Origin: Gammaproteobacteria bacterium
GTDB lineage: Bacteria > Pseudomonadota > Gammaproteobacteria > GCA-001735895
Direction of reading: 5' to 3'
Assembly: GCA_050306135.1 (NCBI GenBank)
Contig: JBNLGQ010000040.1
Span: 14,385 to 78,384 of the forward strand
DNA: 64,000 nt
Part shown: piece after piece, positions 9,560-21,187 of the stretch
Numbering within the stretch: position 1 is the first letter of the stretch
Layout: every line of letters begins with the position of its first letter
The notes under the pieces: model-generated
Databases searched by the model: none
What the model was told of the DNA's origin: nothing
What the model saw: the letters and a program-made list of their open reading frames with translations, nothing else
Position numbers and translations under genes: made by a program

Positions 9560-11812
9560 ATGTCCGATATCATTAATTATGAAGGTGTAGAGCTGGAACC
9601 CCTACATCACTTTACCGAAAAAGCCTATCTCGATTACTCCATGTACGTCATTCTGGATCGTGCATTGCCGCATATCGGCGATGGCCTGAAACCTGTACAA
9701 CGCCGAATTATCTATGCCATGTCTGAACTGGGTTTATCCGCCAGTTCCAAACATAAAAAATCCGCACGTACGGTGGGTGATGTACTGGGTAAGTTTCATC
9801 CACATGGCGATAGTGCCTGCTATGAAGCCATGGTGTTGATGGCGCAGCCATTCTCCTATCGCTATCCCCTGATTGACGGGCAGGGTAACTTTGGCTCAGC
9901 GGATGATCCTAAGTCCTTTGCTGCGATGCGTTATACCGAATCGCGTCTGGCGCCCATCGCCAAGGTTTTATTACGTGAACTGGGGCAGGGCACAGTGGAC
10001 TGGGTGCCTAATTTTGATGGCACCTTACAGGAGCCGCGTCTGTTACCTGCGCGTCTGCCACATATTCTTCTTAATGGTACCACCGGCATAGCTGTGGGTA
10101 TGGCAACTGATCTTCCTCCGCATAATCTACGCGAAGTCGCCAGTGCCTGTATACGTCTGCTGGAAAATTCACGATCAACTCTGGAAGAATTGCTGGAGCA
10201 CATCAAGGGCCCTGATTATCCAACCGAAGCTGAAATTATTACACCAGCGCATGAATTGAAAACCATGTACGAAACCGGTAATGGATCTATCCGCATGCGA
10301 GCGGTTTTTGAGAAAGAAGATGGAGATATCATTATCACTGGATTGCCACATCAGGTATCCGGTGCGCGTATTCTGGAACAGATTGCAGCTCAGATGCAGG
10401 CTAAAAAATTACCCATGGTTGATGATCTACGCGATGAGTCGGATCATGAAAACCCCACACGATTAGTCATCGTACCGCGCTCAAACCGGATTGATGTGGA
10501 AGGCTTGATGAACCATCTGTTTGCCACCACCGACCTGGAAAAAACCTATCGCGTTAATATGAATATGATCGGCGTCAATGGTCGCCCTCAGGTGAAAAAT
10601 CTGAAGATGATCCTCAAGGAGTGGCTGGAATTTAGAATGGATACGGTGCGTCGACGTCTGCAATGGCGACTGGATAAGGTCGACGCGCGCTTACATATTC
10701 TGGAAGGTTTATTGATCGCTTATCTGAACCTAGATGAAGTGATTCGTATCATCAGAACTGAAGAAGAGCCTAAACCGGTATTGATGAAGACATTCAAGAT
10801 TAGCGATCTTCAGGCTGAAGCCATTCTGGAAACCAAGTTACGCAACCTGGCGAAACTGGAAGAAATGAAAATTCGTGGTGAGCAGGATGAGTTATTAAAG
10901 GAAAAAGATGAGCTGGAAAAGGTACTGGGATCAGAGCGTCGTATGAAAACCCTGATCAAGAATGAGATTCTGGAAGATGCGGAAACCTATGGCGATGATC
11001 GTCGTTCTCCCATAGTTTCGCGAGGTGCGGCGAAGGCGATGGATGAGTCAGACCTGATGCCTTCAGAGGCAATCACCGTTGTACTGTCAGCAAAAGGCTG
11101 GGTACGCGCAGGTAAAGGTCATGAACTGGATCCTGAAAGCCTGAGCTACAAATCAGGCGATGAATTCCAGTCTGCTGCACGCGGTAAAAGTAATCAGATG
11201 GCTGTTTTCATCGATAGTGCTGGACGCAGCTATGCCACTCCATCGCACAATTTGCCCTCTGCTCGTGGTCAGGGTGAACCCTTAACCGGACGTTTTAAGC
11301 CTGCTGCAGGTGTCAATTTTATAGCCGCTGTTATGGGACGTGATGATGATCTGTATTTGATGTCGACTACTTTTGGCTATGGCTTCATCTGTAAATTTTC
11401 TGACATGGTGACACGCAATAAAAATGGCAAGGCCCTGATCAGTATCCCGGCTGGTGCCGAGTTATTGCCTCCGGTTCCTGTCAAAGATTACGACAATCAG
11501 TATATCGTCGCGGTAACCAGCGACGGTTATATTGGTGTGATTCCAATACGTGATTTACCTCAACTAGCCAAAGGAAAGGGCAATAAAATTATTAATGTGC
11601 CGCCTAAAAAACTAAAGGCGGGCGAAGAGATTGTTGGCGCAATTCATTGTATAGAAGAAAAAGATAGCCTGACCTTACACGTAGGTAAGAAATTCAAAAC
11701 CATGAATCATCGAGAATTGATGGATTATGTGATTGAACGTGGCAAGCGTGGTAGTAAGTTACCACGTGGCTGGCAGAATGTGGATTGGGTAGAGCAGATC
11801 GACAAAGAATAA
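9560..11812 (+). CDS. parC: DNA topoisomerase IV subunit A
   Basis: [26 protein letters not shown] catalytic Tyr. Confidence 0.97.
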   Translation: MSDIINYEGVELEPLHHFTEKAYLDYSMYVILDRALPHIGDGLKPVQRRIIYAMSELGLSASSKHKKSARTVGDVLGKFHPHGDSACYEAMVLMAQPFSYRYPLIDGQGNFGSADDPKSFAAMRYTESRLAPIAKVLLRELGQGTVDWVPNFDGTLQEPRLLPARLPHILLNGTTGIAVGMATDLPPHNLREVASACIRLLENSRSTLEELLEHIKGPDYPTEAEIITPAHELKTMYETGNGSIRMRAVFEKEDGDIIITGLPHQVSGARILEQIAAQMQAKKLPMVDDLRDESDHENPTRLVIVPRSNRIDVEGLMNHLFATTDLEKTYRVNMNMIGVNGRPQVKNLKMILKEWLEFRMDTVRRRLQWRLDKVDARLHILEGLLIAYLNLDEVIRIIRTEEEPKPVLMKTFKISDLQAEAILETKLRNLAKLEEMKIRGEQDELLKEKDELEKVLGSERRMKTLIKNEILEDAETYGDDRRSPIVSRGAAKAMDESDLMPSEAITVVLSAKGWVRAGKGHELDPESLSYKSGDEFQSAARGKSNQMAVFIDSAGRSYATPSHNLPSARGQGEPLTGRFKPAAGVNFIAAVMGRDDDLYLMSTTFGYGFICKFSDMVTRNKNGKALISIPAGAELLPPVPVKDYDNQYIVAVTSDGYIGVIPIRDLPQLAKGKGNKIINVPPKKLKAGEEIVGAIHCIEEKDSLTLHVGKKFKTMNHRELMDYVIERGKRGSKLPRGWQNVDWVEQIDKE

Positions 11813-11870
11813 AGTGGGCGCCCTTAGCGCCCCTTAAGGTCGATATATTCTTGATATGGAGTCTTAGCTA

Positions 11871-13316
11871 TCAAGGCTCGCCATATTCGGTTGAAACCTC
11901 GGCTAGACGAATGACATTGGTTGAGCCGGGGGTACCAAAAGGAACACCGGCGATTACCACGATACGATCACCCAGCCTGGAAAAGCCTTTACGTTGAACC
12001 ATGCGAACCGATTTGCCCACCATCTCAGAGAATGATTCCACATCGCGTGTCTGTACTGAATAAACCCCCCAGACTAGTGCGAGTTTTCTTGCGACATGAT
12101 CAGAAGGAGTCAGGCCCAGGATAGGCACCATAGCACGCATTCGAGAAACACGAATGGTGGTAGATCCTGTGCTGGTAAAGGTAACGATGGCTGAACAGTT
12201 TCGGGCAGTTGCGATTGAGGTAGCGGCACTGGCAATAGCGTCTGCATCGGTGGTTTCTCCATCAATGGGGTATACGCGCAGCATCTTACGGTAATGCTCG
12301 TCTTTCTCAGTAACGCTGATGATTTTACCCATCACTTCTACCGCTTCTAAAGGGTATTCACCTGCAGCGGTTTCGGCTGATAGCATCACGGCATCGGCTC
12401 CATCGTAAATAGCGGTTGCCACGTCGGAAGCTTCTGCCCGAGTTGGTACTGGGGACTGGATCATGGATTCCAGCATCTGGGTGGCTACGATAACGGGCTT
12501 TCCCTTGGAGCGAGATATTTCGACAATGCGCTTTTGAATGGAGGGCACGCGTTCAGGGGGGAGTTCAACTCCGAGGTCTCCACGAGCCACCATTATGGCG
12601 TCGGAACAGGCAATGATATTTTCCAGATCATCCAGAGCTGAAGGTTTTTCAAGCTTGGCGAGTATACCTGCGCGGCCACCGATTAATTCGCGTGCTTCCA
12701 TGACATCCTCAACTCGCTGCACAAAGGATAGTGCTACCCAGTCGATATTCAGATCCAGGCCATAGGCCAGATCTTTACGGTCTTTTTCTGTAAGGGCGCT
12801 TATAGGCAATTGAGTGTCTGGAACATTGACCCCTTTGCGGTCAGAGATTTTTCCACCCACGATGACCTGAGTGGTAATTTTTGTTGGGGTTACCTGCTGC
12901 ACCCGCAAACGCACCTTGCCATCGTCGATTAACAAGTCATGACCGGGTTGTAACACTTCAAAGATTTCCTTATGTGGCAGGGTGACGCCATGTTCATCGC
13001 CTTCACGTTGATCCAGATAAAGGGTAAATGTATGCTTCTTTTTCAGTTTAACCTTGTCCGCAGTAAAGGTACCGATACGTAGTTTGGGGCCCTGCAAATC
13101 GATCAGTATGCCAATTGGTCGACCCACTTTTTTCTCGATATTCCGGATCATGTCAACACGTTGGCGGTGTTCTTCATGCGCACCATGACTAAAATTGAGG
13201 CGAAATACATTCACCCCGGCCTGGACTAATGACATGATGATGTCTTCTGATGCTGAAGAGGGTCCTAAGGTCGCTACTATTTTGGTACGACGGTCCAGTT
13301 TAAAAGGGCTTTTCAC
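11871..13316 (-). CDS. pyk: Pyruvate kinase
   Basis: TKIVATLGP, RLNFSHG, DLQGPKLR, ARGDLGVE, ATQMLESM. Confidence 0.95.
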   Translation of the reverse strand: MKSPFKLDRRTKIVATLGPSSASEDIIMSLVQAGVNVFRLNFSHGAHEEHRQRVDMIRNIEKKVGRPIGILIDLQGPKLRIGTFTADKVKLKKKHTFTLYLDQREGDEHGVTLPHKEIFEVLQPGHDLLIDDGKVRLRVQQVTPTKITTQVIVGGKISDRKGVNVPDTQLPISALTEKDRKDLAYGLDLNIDWVALSFVQRVEDVMEARELIGGRAGILAKLEKPSALDDLENIIACSDAIMVARGDLGVELPPERVPSIQKRIVEISRSKGKPVIVATQMLESMIQSPVPTRAEASDVATAIYDGADAVMLSAETAAGEYPLEAVEVMGKIISVTEKDEHYRKMLRVYPIDGETTDADAIASAATSIATARNCSAIVTFTSTGSTTIRVSRMRAMVPILGLTPSDHVARKLALVWGVYSVQTRDVESFSEMVGKSVRMVQRKGFSRLGDRIVVIAGVPFGTPGSTNVIRLAEVSTEYGEP

Positions 13317-13642
13317 TTTTTGATTCCTGTGTATTTATCTGTCTAAATGCAAAATCGTTGCAGACTACCTGATATTTATGATCATATGATTACAGTCGGA
13401 CGGGAGTTTGATTAATCAATGATAACTGAATTGCTATGAATAAATCTATTAAGGTGATGAATTATACATGTTTTGAACGCTTATGGCTGAGTTGAGCGAA
13501 TTAGCCTGCTGACGATAGATCTCTGGCACTGAAATTGTGCAGTATACATAAGCCCGTCATCTAAAAATTTTGCCGATAGATGCTTGTTATCAGCTTATTC
13601 ATCATTATATTGAAATTCAGTATCAGCAACTTGAGGTTTAAC

Positions 13643-14533
13643 ATGTTCAGTCGTGTCGTGTTATTTTTGCTCGCTAACTTTGGTGTACTGGGGGTACTCA
13701 GTATATCTATGCGAGTGTTAGGTGTAGATGCCTATCTGGCGCAACAGGGTGGGGCTTTTCAGCTTAATGGTCTGTTACTGATGGCCGCGATCATGGGATT
13801 TGCCGGTTCCTTTATCTCTCTGGCAATGTCCAAAATGCTGGCTAAACGTTCCATGGGTGTTCAGATTATTGAAACCCCACGCAATGAAACCGAGCAATGG
13901 CTGGTGAATGTGGTCAAGCGTCAGGCACAACAGGCTGGAGTCGGTATGCCCGAGGTGGGTATCTTTCCTGCGGATGTGATGAATGCTTTTGCTACCGGCA
14001 TGGATAAGAATAATGCACTTGTTGCAGTGAGTTCAGGTTTGCTCAATCAAATGTCACGAGATGAGGTGGAAGCTGTACTTGGTCATGAGATGTCACATGT
14101 GGCCAATGGTGACATGGTTACGATGGGGTTGTTACAGGGGGTTTTGAATACTTTCGTCATTTTCTTTTCACGAATAATCGGCATTCTGGTCGACCGTGTG
14201 GTATTTAAGGTGGAGCGCGGTGTGGGGCCGGGGTACTGGATCGGGTCTATTGTGGCTGAAATGGTATTAGGCATTCTGGCGGCAGTGGTTGCGGCCTGGT
14301 TTTCTCGCCGGCGCGAGTTTCGTGCTGATGAAGGTGGAGCAAGACTTGCTGGTACAGGAAAGATGGTTGCCGCACTGGAGCGCTTGCGTCACGCTCATGA
14401 GCCTCAGGGTATGAAAGGCGAGTTCGCTGCCTTCGGTATATCTGCAGGAACTTCTCTTATGGAATTGATGAGTACCCATCCGCCACTGGAAAAACGTATT
14501 GCCGCATTGAAGGCATCGGTCCAGAGCCGGTAG
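13643..14533 (+). CDS. htpX: Membrane zinc protease HtpX
   Basis: NAFATG, HEMSH, FSRRREFRADE, STHPPLEKRI; start MFSRV after GAGG. Confidence 0.93.
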   Translation: MFSRVVLFLLANFGVLGVLSISMRVLGVDAYLAQQGGAFQLNGLLLMAAIMGFAGSFISLAMSKMLAKRSMGVQIIETPRNETEQWLVNVVKRQAQQAGVGMPEVGIFPADVMNAFATGMDKNNALVAVSSGLLNQMSRDEVEAVLGHEMSHVANGDMVTMGLLQGVLNTFVIFFSRIIGILVDRVVFKVERGVGPGYWIGSIVAEMVLGILAAVVAAWFSRRREFRADEGGARLAGTGKMVAALERLRHAHEPQGMKGEFAAFGISAGTSLMELMSTHPPLEKRIAALKASVQSR

Positions 14534-14546
14534 CGTCAGACTCTGA

Positions 14547-16640
14547 TTAACTCGACATAGAGGTAAAGTCGTAATTCATCCTGTCGCTGGGTGCCTGTAA
14601 AAAATCACCCTGTACAAAATCGGCACCCACCGACCACAATACGCTTAATACGCTGGCATCAGCAACATTGGGCACGATGCAACGTATCTCCATAGAAGAT
14701 GCCTGTTCAGTAATTTCACGGATACTGACCTGATTTTCCTGATTGGAAGACAGGCCATCCATATAGGCCGCATTGATGCGTAGATAGTCGGCAGGTAGAT
14801 GTTTGACCAGCTGAAATGGGTTTAAACCGGTGCCGAAACCATCTAGAAAAATCTGGCAGTGTAATTGTTTCAGTCCTTTGAACAGGGTTTTTGCAGCCTT
14901 AAGCTGATTCACTGCATGCGCTTCATTCAGGCCTATAACCAGACGTTCGCCCGGTATTTTTGAGCCCTGCAAACGTTGCGCAATCCAGCGTGCCAACGTG
15001 GGGTCTTGAATAGAATCGGCGCTCAGGGTGACAAATATATCAACCTTGCGGTTAGCCTGTATCGACTTGCCAATAATTCTAATAGCCTGCATGATGGACC
15101 AGCGATCCAGCGTTTTAGCGCTGCCTGAACGTTCAGCTGATGGCATAAGCTCAGCATCTGAAAGGATCTCGTCCTCTTCTGTTTTTAACTGGCGGGTAAT
15201 TTCATAGCGCTCTCCGCTTGCTCCACCAATACTAACCACAGGTTGGAATCTGGGGGATATGCTATTGTTGGATATGGCGGCCTTGATCTTGCGGGAAATT
15301 GCGGCATCCTCTTCTTCCTGACTCATTTCACCAGCTACAGGCACATATGCTTCTGCACGGTTACCGCCATTACGTTGAATCTGGTCAAGATTGCGCTCGG
15401 CTCTAGCAATGATCTCATTCGGGTTAGGGGGGACGTTTTCATCAATATAATAAATCGAGATGCTGCAGGTGGCGCTGATAGATTGCTTGCCAATATCAGA
15501 AATATTCTGCTCTATCATTTTAAGTAGATTTGCAGTGCCTGCCTCAACTTCCTGCTTATCCTTGTTGTGGCACAGAATAGTGTAGCTGTATGCGCCAAAG
15601 CGACAGACTCGTTCGTCATCGCCACTGCCCTGTTCGAGGATTTTAGCAATATCATTGATCAGGATGTCGCAGCCTGAGATACCCACGGTATCGCGTACAT
15701 GTGTGAAGTTATCGATTGAAATATATAACATCACCGAGGGTTTTCCGCCACTGATAGCTTCGTCAATATAGGCTTGCAGCTTGTCCATGAAATACTGACG
15801 ATTGTAGAGACCGGTAACCAGGTCGTGTTTATGTAGATAATTAATCTGCTCTTCCAGTTCTGAAGTATCAGCTTTTGAACGGATTAAAATCTGGGTGCAA
15901 GGTTCGCCATCGAAACTGGCTCGAGAGAACTCCAACTGCCCCTGGATCACTTCACCGCTATGGTGAATAAGGTTAAGATTAAGTTCATTGGTGGTATTTT
16001 TGTTCTGGCTTAGATTACGCAAAAATTGTTTTAGCGTATCCTGCTGACTACTTTCTACCATGTCGATCAAAGGAACGCCTTCAACTTCGTCAAAATCAGT
16101 ATGACCGAATAAGTCAAGATAGGGGGCATTTGCATAGATATGCATGCCTTCATGAACATAAGCTACGGCATCCTTGGAGTTTGCGAGTAGTGACTGACAA
16201 CGTTTCTCACTTTCATGTAACTCTTTTTCATTGCCAACAAACTTTCGCCAGAGTTTTAAATTCTGTGCTTCGCGCTTAACCACCAGAGCCAGATGTTCCA
16301 GCTCTGTAGATAGCACTATATCCTGTGCTCCCTGTTCCATCGCATGCACGACCAACGGTTCACTAATCTTGTCGGTGATACCGATAAGTGAAAGGTGTCG
16401 TCCACATTCGTGAATCAGGTGTTGAGCCTGTTGCAGGCTAAAGTCAGGCAAATCCATGGAAAACAGGATCAGATCGAGCGGTTTGCTATTAATGATTTCA
16501 GTCATGTCCTCGTCATCTTCAGCGTGCTCGGCGAGTACATGTAGCCCGGAACTTCTCAAGGAACTGGTAATTTGCTCTGCCTGATGTAAACCTTCATCTA
16601 CGATTAACAGGCGAATAAGTTTTTCTGAATCTGAATGCAT
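14547..16640 (-). CDS. fimX: FimX-like REC-PAS-GGDEF-EAL protein with degenerate catalytic motifs
   Basis: REC, PAS (AVAYVHEGMHIYAN), DLVTGLYNRQYF, RFGAYSY in place of GGDEF, degenerate EAL, VLWSVGADFVQG. Confidence 0.75.
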   Translation of the reverse strand: MHSDSEKLIRLLIVDEGLHQAEQITSSLRSSGLHVLAEHAEDDEDMTEIINSKPLDLILFSMDLPDFSLQQAQHLIHECGRHLSLIGITDKISEPLVVHAMEQGAQDIVLSTELEHLALVVKREAQNLKLWRKFVGNEKELHESEKRCQSLLANSKDAVAYVHEGMHIYANAPYLDLFGHTDFDEVEGVPLIDMVESSQQDTLKQFLRNLSQNKNTTNELNLNLIHHSGEVIQGQLEFSRASFDGEPCTQILIRSKADTSELEEQINYLHKHDLVTGLYNRQYFMDKLQAYIDEAISGGKPSVMLYISIDNFTHVRDTVGISGCDILINDIAKILEQGSGDDERVCRFGAYSYTILCHNKDKQEVEAGTANLLKMIEQNISDIGKQSISATCSISIYYIDENVPPNPNEIIARAERNLDQIQRNGGNRAEAYVPVAGEMSQEEEDAAISRKIKAAISNNSISPRFQPVVSIGGASGERYEITRQLKTEEDEILSDAELMPSAERSGSAKTLDRWSIMQAIRIIGKSIQANRKVDIFVTLSADSIQDPTLARWIAQRLQGSKIPGERLVIGLNEAHAVNQLKAAKTLFKGLKQLHCQIFLDGFGTGLNPFQLVKHLPADYLRINAAYMDGLSSNQENQVSIREITEQASSMEIRCIVPNVADASVLSVLWSVGADFVQGDFLQAPSDRMNYDFTSMSS

Positions 16641-16702
16641 AGTTAGCAGTGTAAGTTAATTCAATTTATCAGGTTTTTTGATTATAGGAATAATAACGTA
16701 AT

Positions 16703-17716
16703 TTAGTCGCAATGTACTGTGCTTTTCGAAAATTTACCTGCAATTTCATCCACCATTCGCGGTAACAGGTATCCAGGTAGCTGCTTTTTGAGGTCACGGT
16801 AGATGCGGCAGGACTCTACTTCAGGCAAAGCAAAGTGCTGGCTACCCTGAACCTTGTCAAGCCTGTGCAGGTAATAAGGGGTGATTGAACTTTCAAACAG
16901 TTTAAAGCTAAGTTTGGCCAGAGAGTCAGCATCATCGTTCACCCCCTTAAGTAAAACGCTTTGATTAAAGATGCGCTGAGCATGCTGATTAATGAGTTTG
17001 AATGTCTGCTGATTATGTTCTGAGATTTCATTTGCATGGTTTATATGCGTAACCCACACGACCTGTCCGTGAAAGGTTTCCAGGATCTGCATCAGTTCAT
17101 CGGTAATGCGCTCGGGCAGCACTGATACCAGGCGACTATGTATACGCAGTAAGTGTATGTGCTTAAGCTGATTTAAATTGTGAATCAATCGGAATATCTG
17201 CTCATCTCCCATCACCAGTGGATCTCCACCTGAAAGAATCACTTCATTGATTTCTGTATGTTGTTGTAGATAACTCACTATCGCTCCCGACAGGCTGAAA
17301 TCGACCACTGCATCAGAATAGGGGAAGTGACGTCTAAAACAATAACGACAGTGAATGGCACAGGCGCCGGTTAAGGTCAGTAAAACTCGATTTGGATACT
17401 TATGGATCAACCCCGGTGCAACCATCGCCTCCTGGTCACCGACCGGATCGCTGCTGTAGCCGGCTGCCAGCTCATTTTCTCGGGCATCAGGTAATACCTG
17501 GAGTAGTAGAGGGTCCTGGGCGTTTCCCTTTTCGATGAGCGAAGCATAATAACGGGTAACACGCAGTGGAAATCCAGCATCGGCATTAAAAATTAATGTG
17601 GATGAATCGATTTGGCAGTAGTCAAGTAAATCCCTACGGTTACGAAAGGCATTTGATAGCAACTGTTTCCAGTTCTGTGATTGTGGTATCTGGATAGAAT
17701 CCGGTATCATTGGCAT
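16703..17716 (-). CDS. epmB: EF-P beta-lysylation radical SAM lysine 2,3-aminomutase
   Basis: HKYPNR, CAIHCRYCFRRHFPY, ILSGGDPL; divergent from efp. Confidence 0.92.
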   Translation of the reverse strand: MPMIPDSIQIPQSQNWKQLLSNAFRNRRDLLDYCQIDSSTLIFNADAGFPLRVTRYYASLIEKGNAQDPLLLQVLPDARENELAAGYSSDPVGDQEAMVAPGLIHKYPNRVLLTLTGACAIHCRYCFRRHFPYSDAVVDFSLSGAIVSYLQQHTEINEVILSGGDPLVMGDEQIFRLIHNLNQLKHIHLLRIHSRLVSVLPERITDELMQILETFHGQVVWVTHINHANEISEHNQQTFKLINQHAQRIFNQSVLLKGVNDDADSLAKLSFKLFESSITPYYLHRLDKVQGSQHFALPEVESCRIYRDLKKQLPGYLLPRMVDEIAGKFSKSTVHCD

Positions 17717-17742
17717 TTTTTAGATAGTGACCCGAGAAGAAT

Positions 17743-18312
17743 ATGGCAAGTTATAGCACCAGCGAGTTTAAAAGCGGATTAAAAGTCATAATGGACGGTG
17801 ACCCCTGCGCCATCATCGAAAATGAATTTGTTAAGCCGGGGAAAGGGCAGGCATTCAATCGCGTTAAGATTCGCAATCTGCGTTCAGGACGAGTGCTGGA
17901 AAAAACCTTCAAGTCAGGCGAAACCCTGGAAGCGGCAGATGTGATTGATATAGACATGCAGTATTTATACGATGATGGAGAATTCTATCATTTTATGGTT
18001 CCTGATACCTTTGAACAACATGCCGCTGATAAAAATGCTGTTGGAGATGCGTATCTATGGTTGAAGGCTCAGGATATGTGTGAAGTGACACTGTATAATG
18101 GTTCGCCATTAGCCGTTACGCCACCGAATTTTGTTGAAATGGCAATCGTTGAGACCGACCCAGGATTAAAAGGCGATACTGCACAGGGTGGCACCAAGCC
18201 AGCTACACTGGAGTCAGGCGCAGTGGTAAAAGTACCTTTATTTCTGGAAATCGGTGAAGTCATACGTGTTGATACCCGCAGTGGAGATTACATGTCACGC
18301 GTAAAGAACTGA
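17743..18312 (+). CDS. efp: Translation elongation factor P
   Basis: [26 protein letters not shown]. Confidence 0.98.
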   Translation: MASYSTSEFKSGLKVIMDGDPCAIIENEFVKPGKGQAFNRVKIRNLRSGRVLEKTFKSGETLEAADVIDIDMQYLYDDGEFYHFMVPDTFEQHAADKNAVGDAYLWLKAQDMCEVTLYNGSPLAVTPPNFVEMAIVETDPGLKGDTAQGGTKPATLESGAVVKVPLFLEIGEVIRVDTRSGDYMSRVKN

Positions 18313-19242
18313 TTGCACAAGTTGCAAACACAGCAGCTGACAATCCTTCAACAAAGGGCCCGAATGCTAAAGCAGATTCGGGCCTTTTTTGATGCACGTG
18401 ATTTTCTCGAAGTCGATACCCCGCTACTTTCAAATAGCAGCAATACTGATGTTCACATCCAGTCGATAACTGCCACAGTTAACCGGCAGACCATGTATCT
18501 GCAAACATCGCCCGAATTCGCCATGAAGCGACTGTTGGTGAGTGGAAGTGGTTCTATCTATCAGATCTGTCATGCATTTCGAGATGAAGAGCAGGGCAGG
18601 CGACACCAGCCCGAATTCAGCCTTTTGGAGTGGTATAGCCTGGGGTTTGATTATCACCAGTTGATGGATCAGATGCAGTTGCTGATCGATCATATTAGTG
18701 AACGCAACAATAGCTATGCAAAAATGACCTACCATGGCTGTTTTCAACACTATCTGGATCTGGATATTGAAAACGACAGCGATGATATTTTAAGGGCCTG
18801 TGTTGATAAACACATCAACGGTATAGAAATTCATCAACTGCAACGCGCTGATTGTCTGGATCTGTTAATCAGCGAAGTCATCGCAAAACAGTTCGAAGGC
18901 TTTACCTTTGTATATGACTTTCCCGCGTCGCAGGCATCTCTGGCAAAAATCAAGACAGATAACCCTCTGGTCGCGGAGCGTTTCGAGCTGTTTTATAACG
19001 ATATGGAGCTGGCAAATGGGTTTACTGAATTAACCGATGCCATGGAACAAAGAGCTCGGTTTGAAACAGATAACCAGAAAAGAATAGCGTCAGGTTTATC
19101 TGCTTATCCAATAGATGAAGATTTTCTGGCGGCACTGGAGCAGGGTATGCCTGATTGTGCAGGAGTAGCATTGGGGCTGGATCGCCTGTTGATGGTGTTG
19201 CTAAAGAGATATTCAATTCAGCAGGTATTAGCGTTAGCCTAA
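18313..19242 (+). CDS. epmA: EF-P lysine aminoacylase (PoxA/GenX)
   Basis: YLQTSPEFAMKRLL, HQPEFSLLEWY, ELANGFTEL, GVALGLDRL. Confidence 0.95.
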   Translation: MHKLQTQQLTILQQRARMLKQIRAFFDARDFLEVDTPLLSNSSNTDVHIQSITATVNRQTMYLQTSPEFAMKRLLVSGSGSIYQICHAFRDEEQGRRHQPEFSLLEWYSLGFDYHQLMDQMQLLIDHISERNNSYAKMTYHGCFQHYLDLDIENDSDDILRACVDKHINGIEIHQLQRADCLDLLISEVIAKQFEGFTFVYDFPASQASLAKIKTDNPLVAERFELFYNDMELANGFTELTDAMEQRARFETDNQKRIASGLSAYPIDEDFLAALEQGMPDCAGVALGLDRLLMVLLKRYSIQQVLALA

Positions 19243-20109
19243 GGTATGTCCAATCATTTCCCCCATGCGCAGGGTTTGCTGCGGATGCAGGTTATTCCAT
19301 TTAACTTTATCAGTGGTGAGCAGAATAACCGTTGATCCCATGTTGAATCGACCCATTTCCTGGCCTTTAATGAATTTTCTTTCAGCATGGTCATAATCAA
19401 ACTCTGATACCTTTTTTCCCTTGGGTGGTGTTACCAGACCGTGCCAGACGGTTTCAATAGCAGCCACATTGATTGCTCCGACCAGAATCATCGCCATGGG
19501 TCCGGTTTCTGTGGAAAATAGACAGACTACGCGTTCATTACGGGCAAATAAACGTTGAATCTGGCGCACGGTCCATGGGGCAACACTGAAAAGGCGACCA
19601 GGGACATGAATCATTTTCTTTAACAGACCATCTATCGGCATGTGTATTCTGTGATAGTTATAGGGGGCGAGGTAAATCGTTGCGAATTTCCCGCCTTCAA
19701 ACATGTGGGCCATTAATGAGTCGCCACCTAGCAGTTCTTCCACTGAGTAAAAATGTCCTTTAGCTTGAAATAAATGCCCCTTCATAATATCGCCACACTG
19801 CGATACCGTACCATCTACTGGGCTGGCAACAGCGTTTTCTGCGCCAGCAACTGGCCTGGCATTGGGAGTGAGTGAGCGGATAAAAAAATCATTAAAACAG
19901 GCGTATTCTTCGATGATCTGAATTTCAGCATCGGACATGTCGACCTTAAAGGTTTTGATAAACCAGCGTATTACCGGAGTCGCCAGCGGGCTTTTGATCC
20001 GGGTAAGGAAATAGACTATACGTGAAATCAGATGATGCGGTAGTGCTGTAAATAACCAGCCCAGTAATTTTTCGGAAAACTGAGACTGGCCATTGATTTT
20101 TTTGGACAT
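19234..20109 (-). CDS. psd: Phosphatidylserine decarboxylase proenzyme
   Basis: SPVDG, YLAPYNYHRIHMP, RNERV, FNMGSTV cleavage site. Confidence 0.95.
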   Translation of the reverse strand: MSKKINGQSQFSEKLLGWLFTALPHHLISRIVYFLTRIKSPLATPVIRWFIKTFKVDMSDAEIQIIEEYACFNDFFIRSLTPNARPVAGAENAVASPVDGTVSQCGDIMKGHLFQAKGHFYSVEELLGGDSLMAHMFEGGKFATIYLAPYNYHRIHMPIDGLLKKMIHVPGRLFSVAPWTVRQIQRLFARNERVVCLFSTETGPMAMILVGAINVAAIETVWHGLVTPPKGKKVSEFDYDHAERKFIKGQEMGRFNMGSTVILLTTDKVKWNNLHPQQTLRMGEMIGHTLG

Positions 20110-20112
20110 GAC

Positions 20113-20532
20113 TTACTGCTTTACTTCGAGTTGGATGTTCTGGGCTTTTGAATCACTAAAGGTAACAATCAGATTAACCTTATCACCTATGGCTAAAGGG
20201 CTCAGGGGGTTAATCAACATGATGTGTTTGCCACCCGGTTTCAGATGAATGCTGCCCTTGGCAGGTATGACAATACTGTCCTGTTGTACCATTTGCATCA
20301 TGCCATCTTTCATGGTGGTTTCATGTAGTTCTACCGTTTCAAAGGCATCACTTTGCATAGCGGTAATGACTACTTCTTCGTTAGATGGGTTACTGATTTG
20401 AACGTAGCCAGCTCGCATCGGGACTACGGGTGGTAGTTGTTTAATCCATCCATCTGAAAATTCAACTTTACTGCTGTCCGCCATAACCTGAAATGAAAAC
20501 AGGCAAAGGATTAAGGTTAATATTTTACTCAT
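20113..20532 (-). CDS. Periplasmic copper chaperone PCu(A)C
   Basis: Signal peptide; ELHET...MMQM...PGGKHIML copper-binding pattern; next to SCO. Confidence 0.9.
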   Translation of the reverse strand: MSKILTLILCLFSFQVMADSSKVEFSDGWIKQLPPVVPMRAGYVQISNPSNEEVVITAMQSDAFETVELHETTMKDGMMQMVQQDSIVIPAKGSIHLKPGGKHIMLINPLSPLAIGDKVNLIVTFSDSKAQNIQLEVKQ

Positions 20533-20546
20533 GAGGTTCCTCGAAA

Positions 20547-21164
20547 TTACTTACGATTAATAATTTTAGTTAAGTCGTGCGCAATAGCAGCACTGTCATG
20601 TGGTGGGCTGAAAATGCCTGTGAAACGACCCTGTGGATCAATTAGAGTGAGAACACCACTATGTGCAACATCGTATCTGGACCCATCAGCTGATTTGCTG
20701 ATGTAATGCATGACGCCCAGAGCCTGTGTTAATTTATTCACCTCATCTATTTCACCACGTGCACTCATGAATGAGGGATTAAAATAAGTTACATAGGTCT
20801 TCATTTTTTCCAGATCATCTCTATCGGGATCAATGGATACAAAGGTAATCTGTAGCTGCTGTATTACTGACTCATCGGAAATCAGCTTTATCATATTAGT
20901 CAGCATTTGCAGTGAATCGGGACAGATATCCGGGCAATTGGTATAGCCAAAGAACATAAGCTGCCATTTCCCCTTGATAGTCTGCTGGTTGAAAGGCTTA
21001 CCCCTGTGATCGGTTAATTCAAACGCAGGAAGCGGCCTGGCCTGACTACCAAACCATGTGGCAGCCTTGAGTACTATAGGTTCAGGTTTTAATAACAGCA
21101 TCGAACTGGCAACACCGAGGCCGATTGCCACTATCAAGCCGATTATGATGAGGGTTTTTTTCAC
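20547..21164 (-). CDS. SCO1/SenC family copper protein
   Basis: N-terminal TM, FGYTNCPDICP, SIDPDRD, conserved His (VAHS); start placed at GTG 21164 because the longer ORF begins inside a repeat element. Confidence 0.9.
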   Translation of the reverse strand: MKKTLIIIGLIVAIGLGVASSMLLLKPEPIVLKAATWFGSQARPLPAFELTDHRGKPFNQQTIKGKWQLMFFGYTNCPDICPDSLQMLTNMIKLISDESVIQQLQITFVSIDPDRDDLEKMKTYVTYFNPSFMSARGEIDEVNKLTQALGVMHYISKSADGSRYDVAHSGVLTLIDPQGRFTGIFSPPHDSAAIAHDLTKIINRK

Positions 21165-21187
21165 TATATCTGTGCCGAAGTTGCTTG

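Noticed and set aside
13500-13642. Sigma-32 or sigma-28 promoter upstream of htpX
   Set aside because: Only half-sites (TTGAAA, GCCGATAG) are present, without correctly spaced partners.
17716-17743. Very short divergent gap between epmB and efp
   Set aside because: A well-known conserved arrangement.
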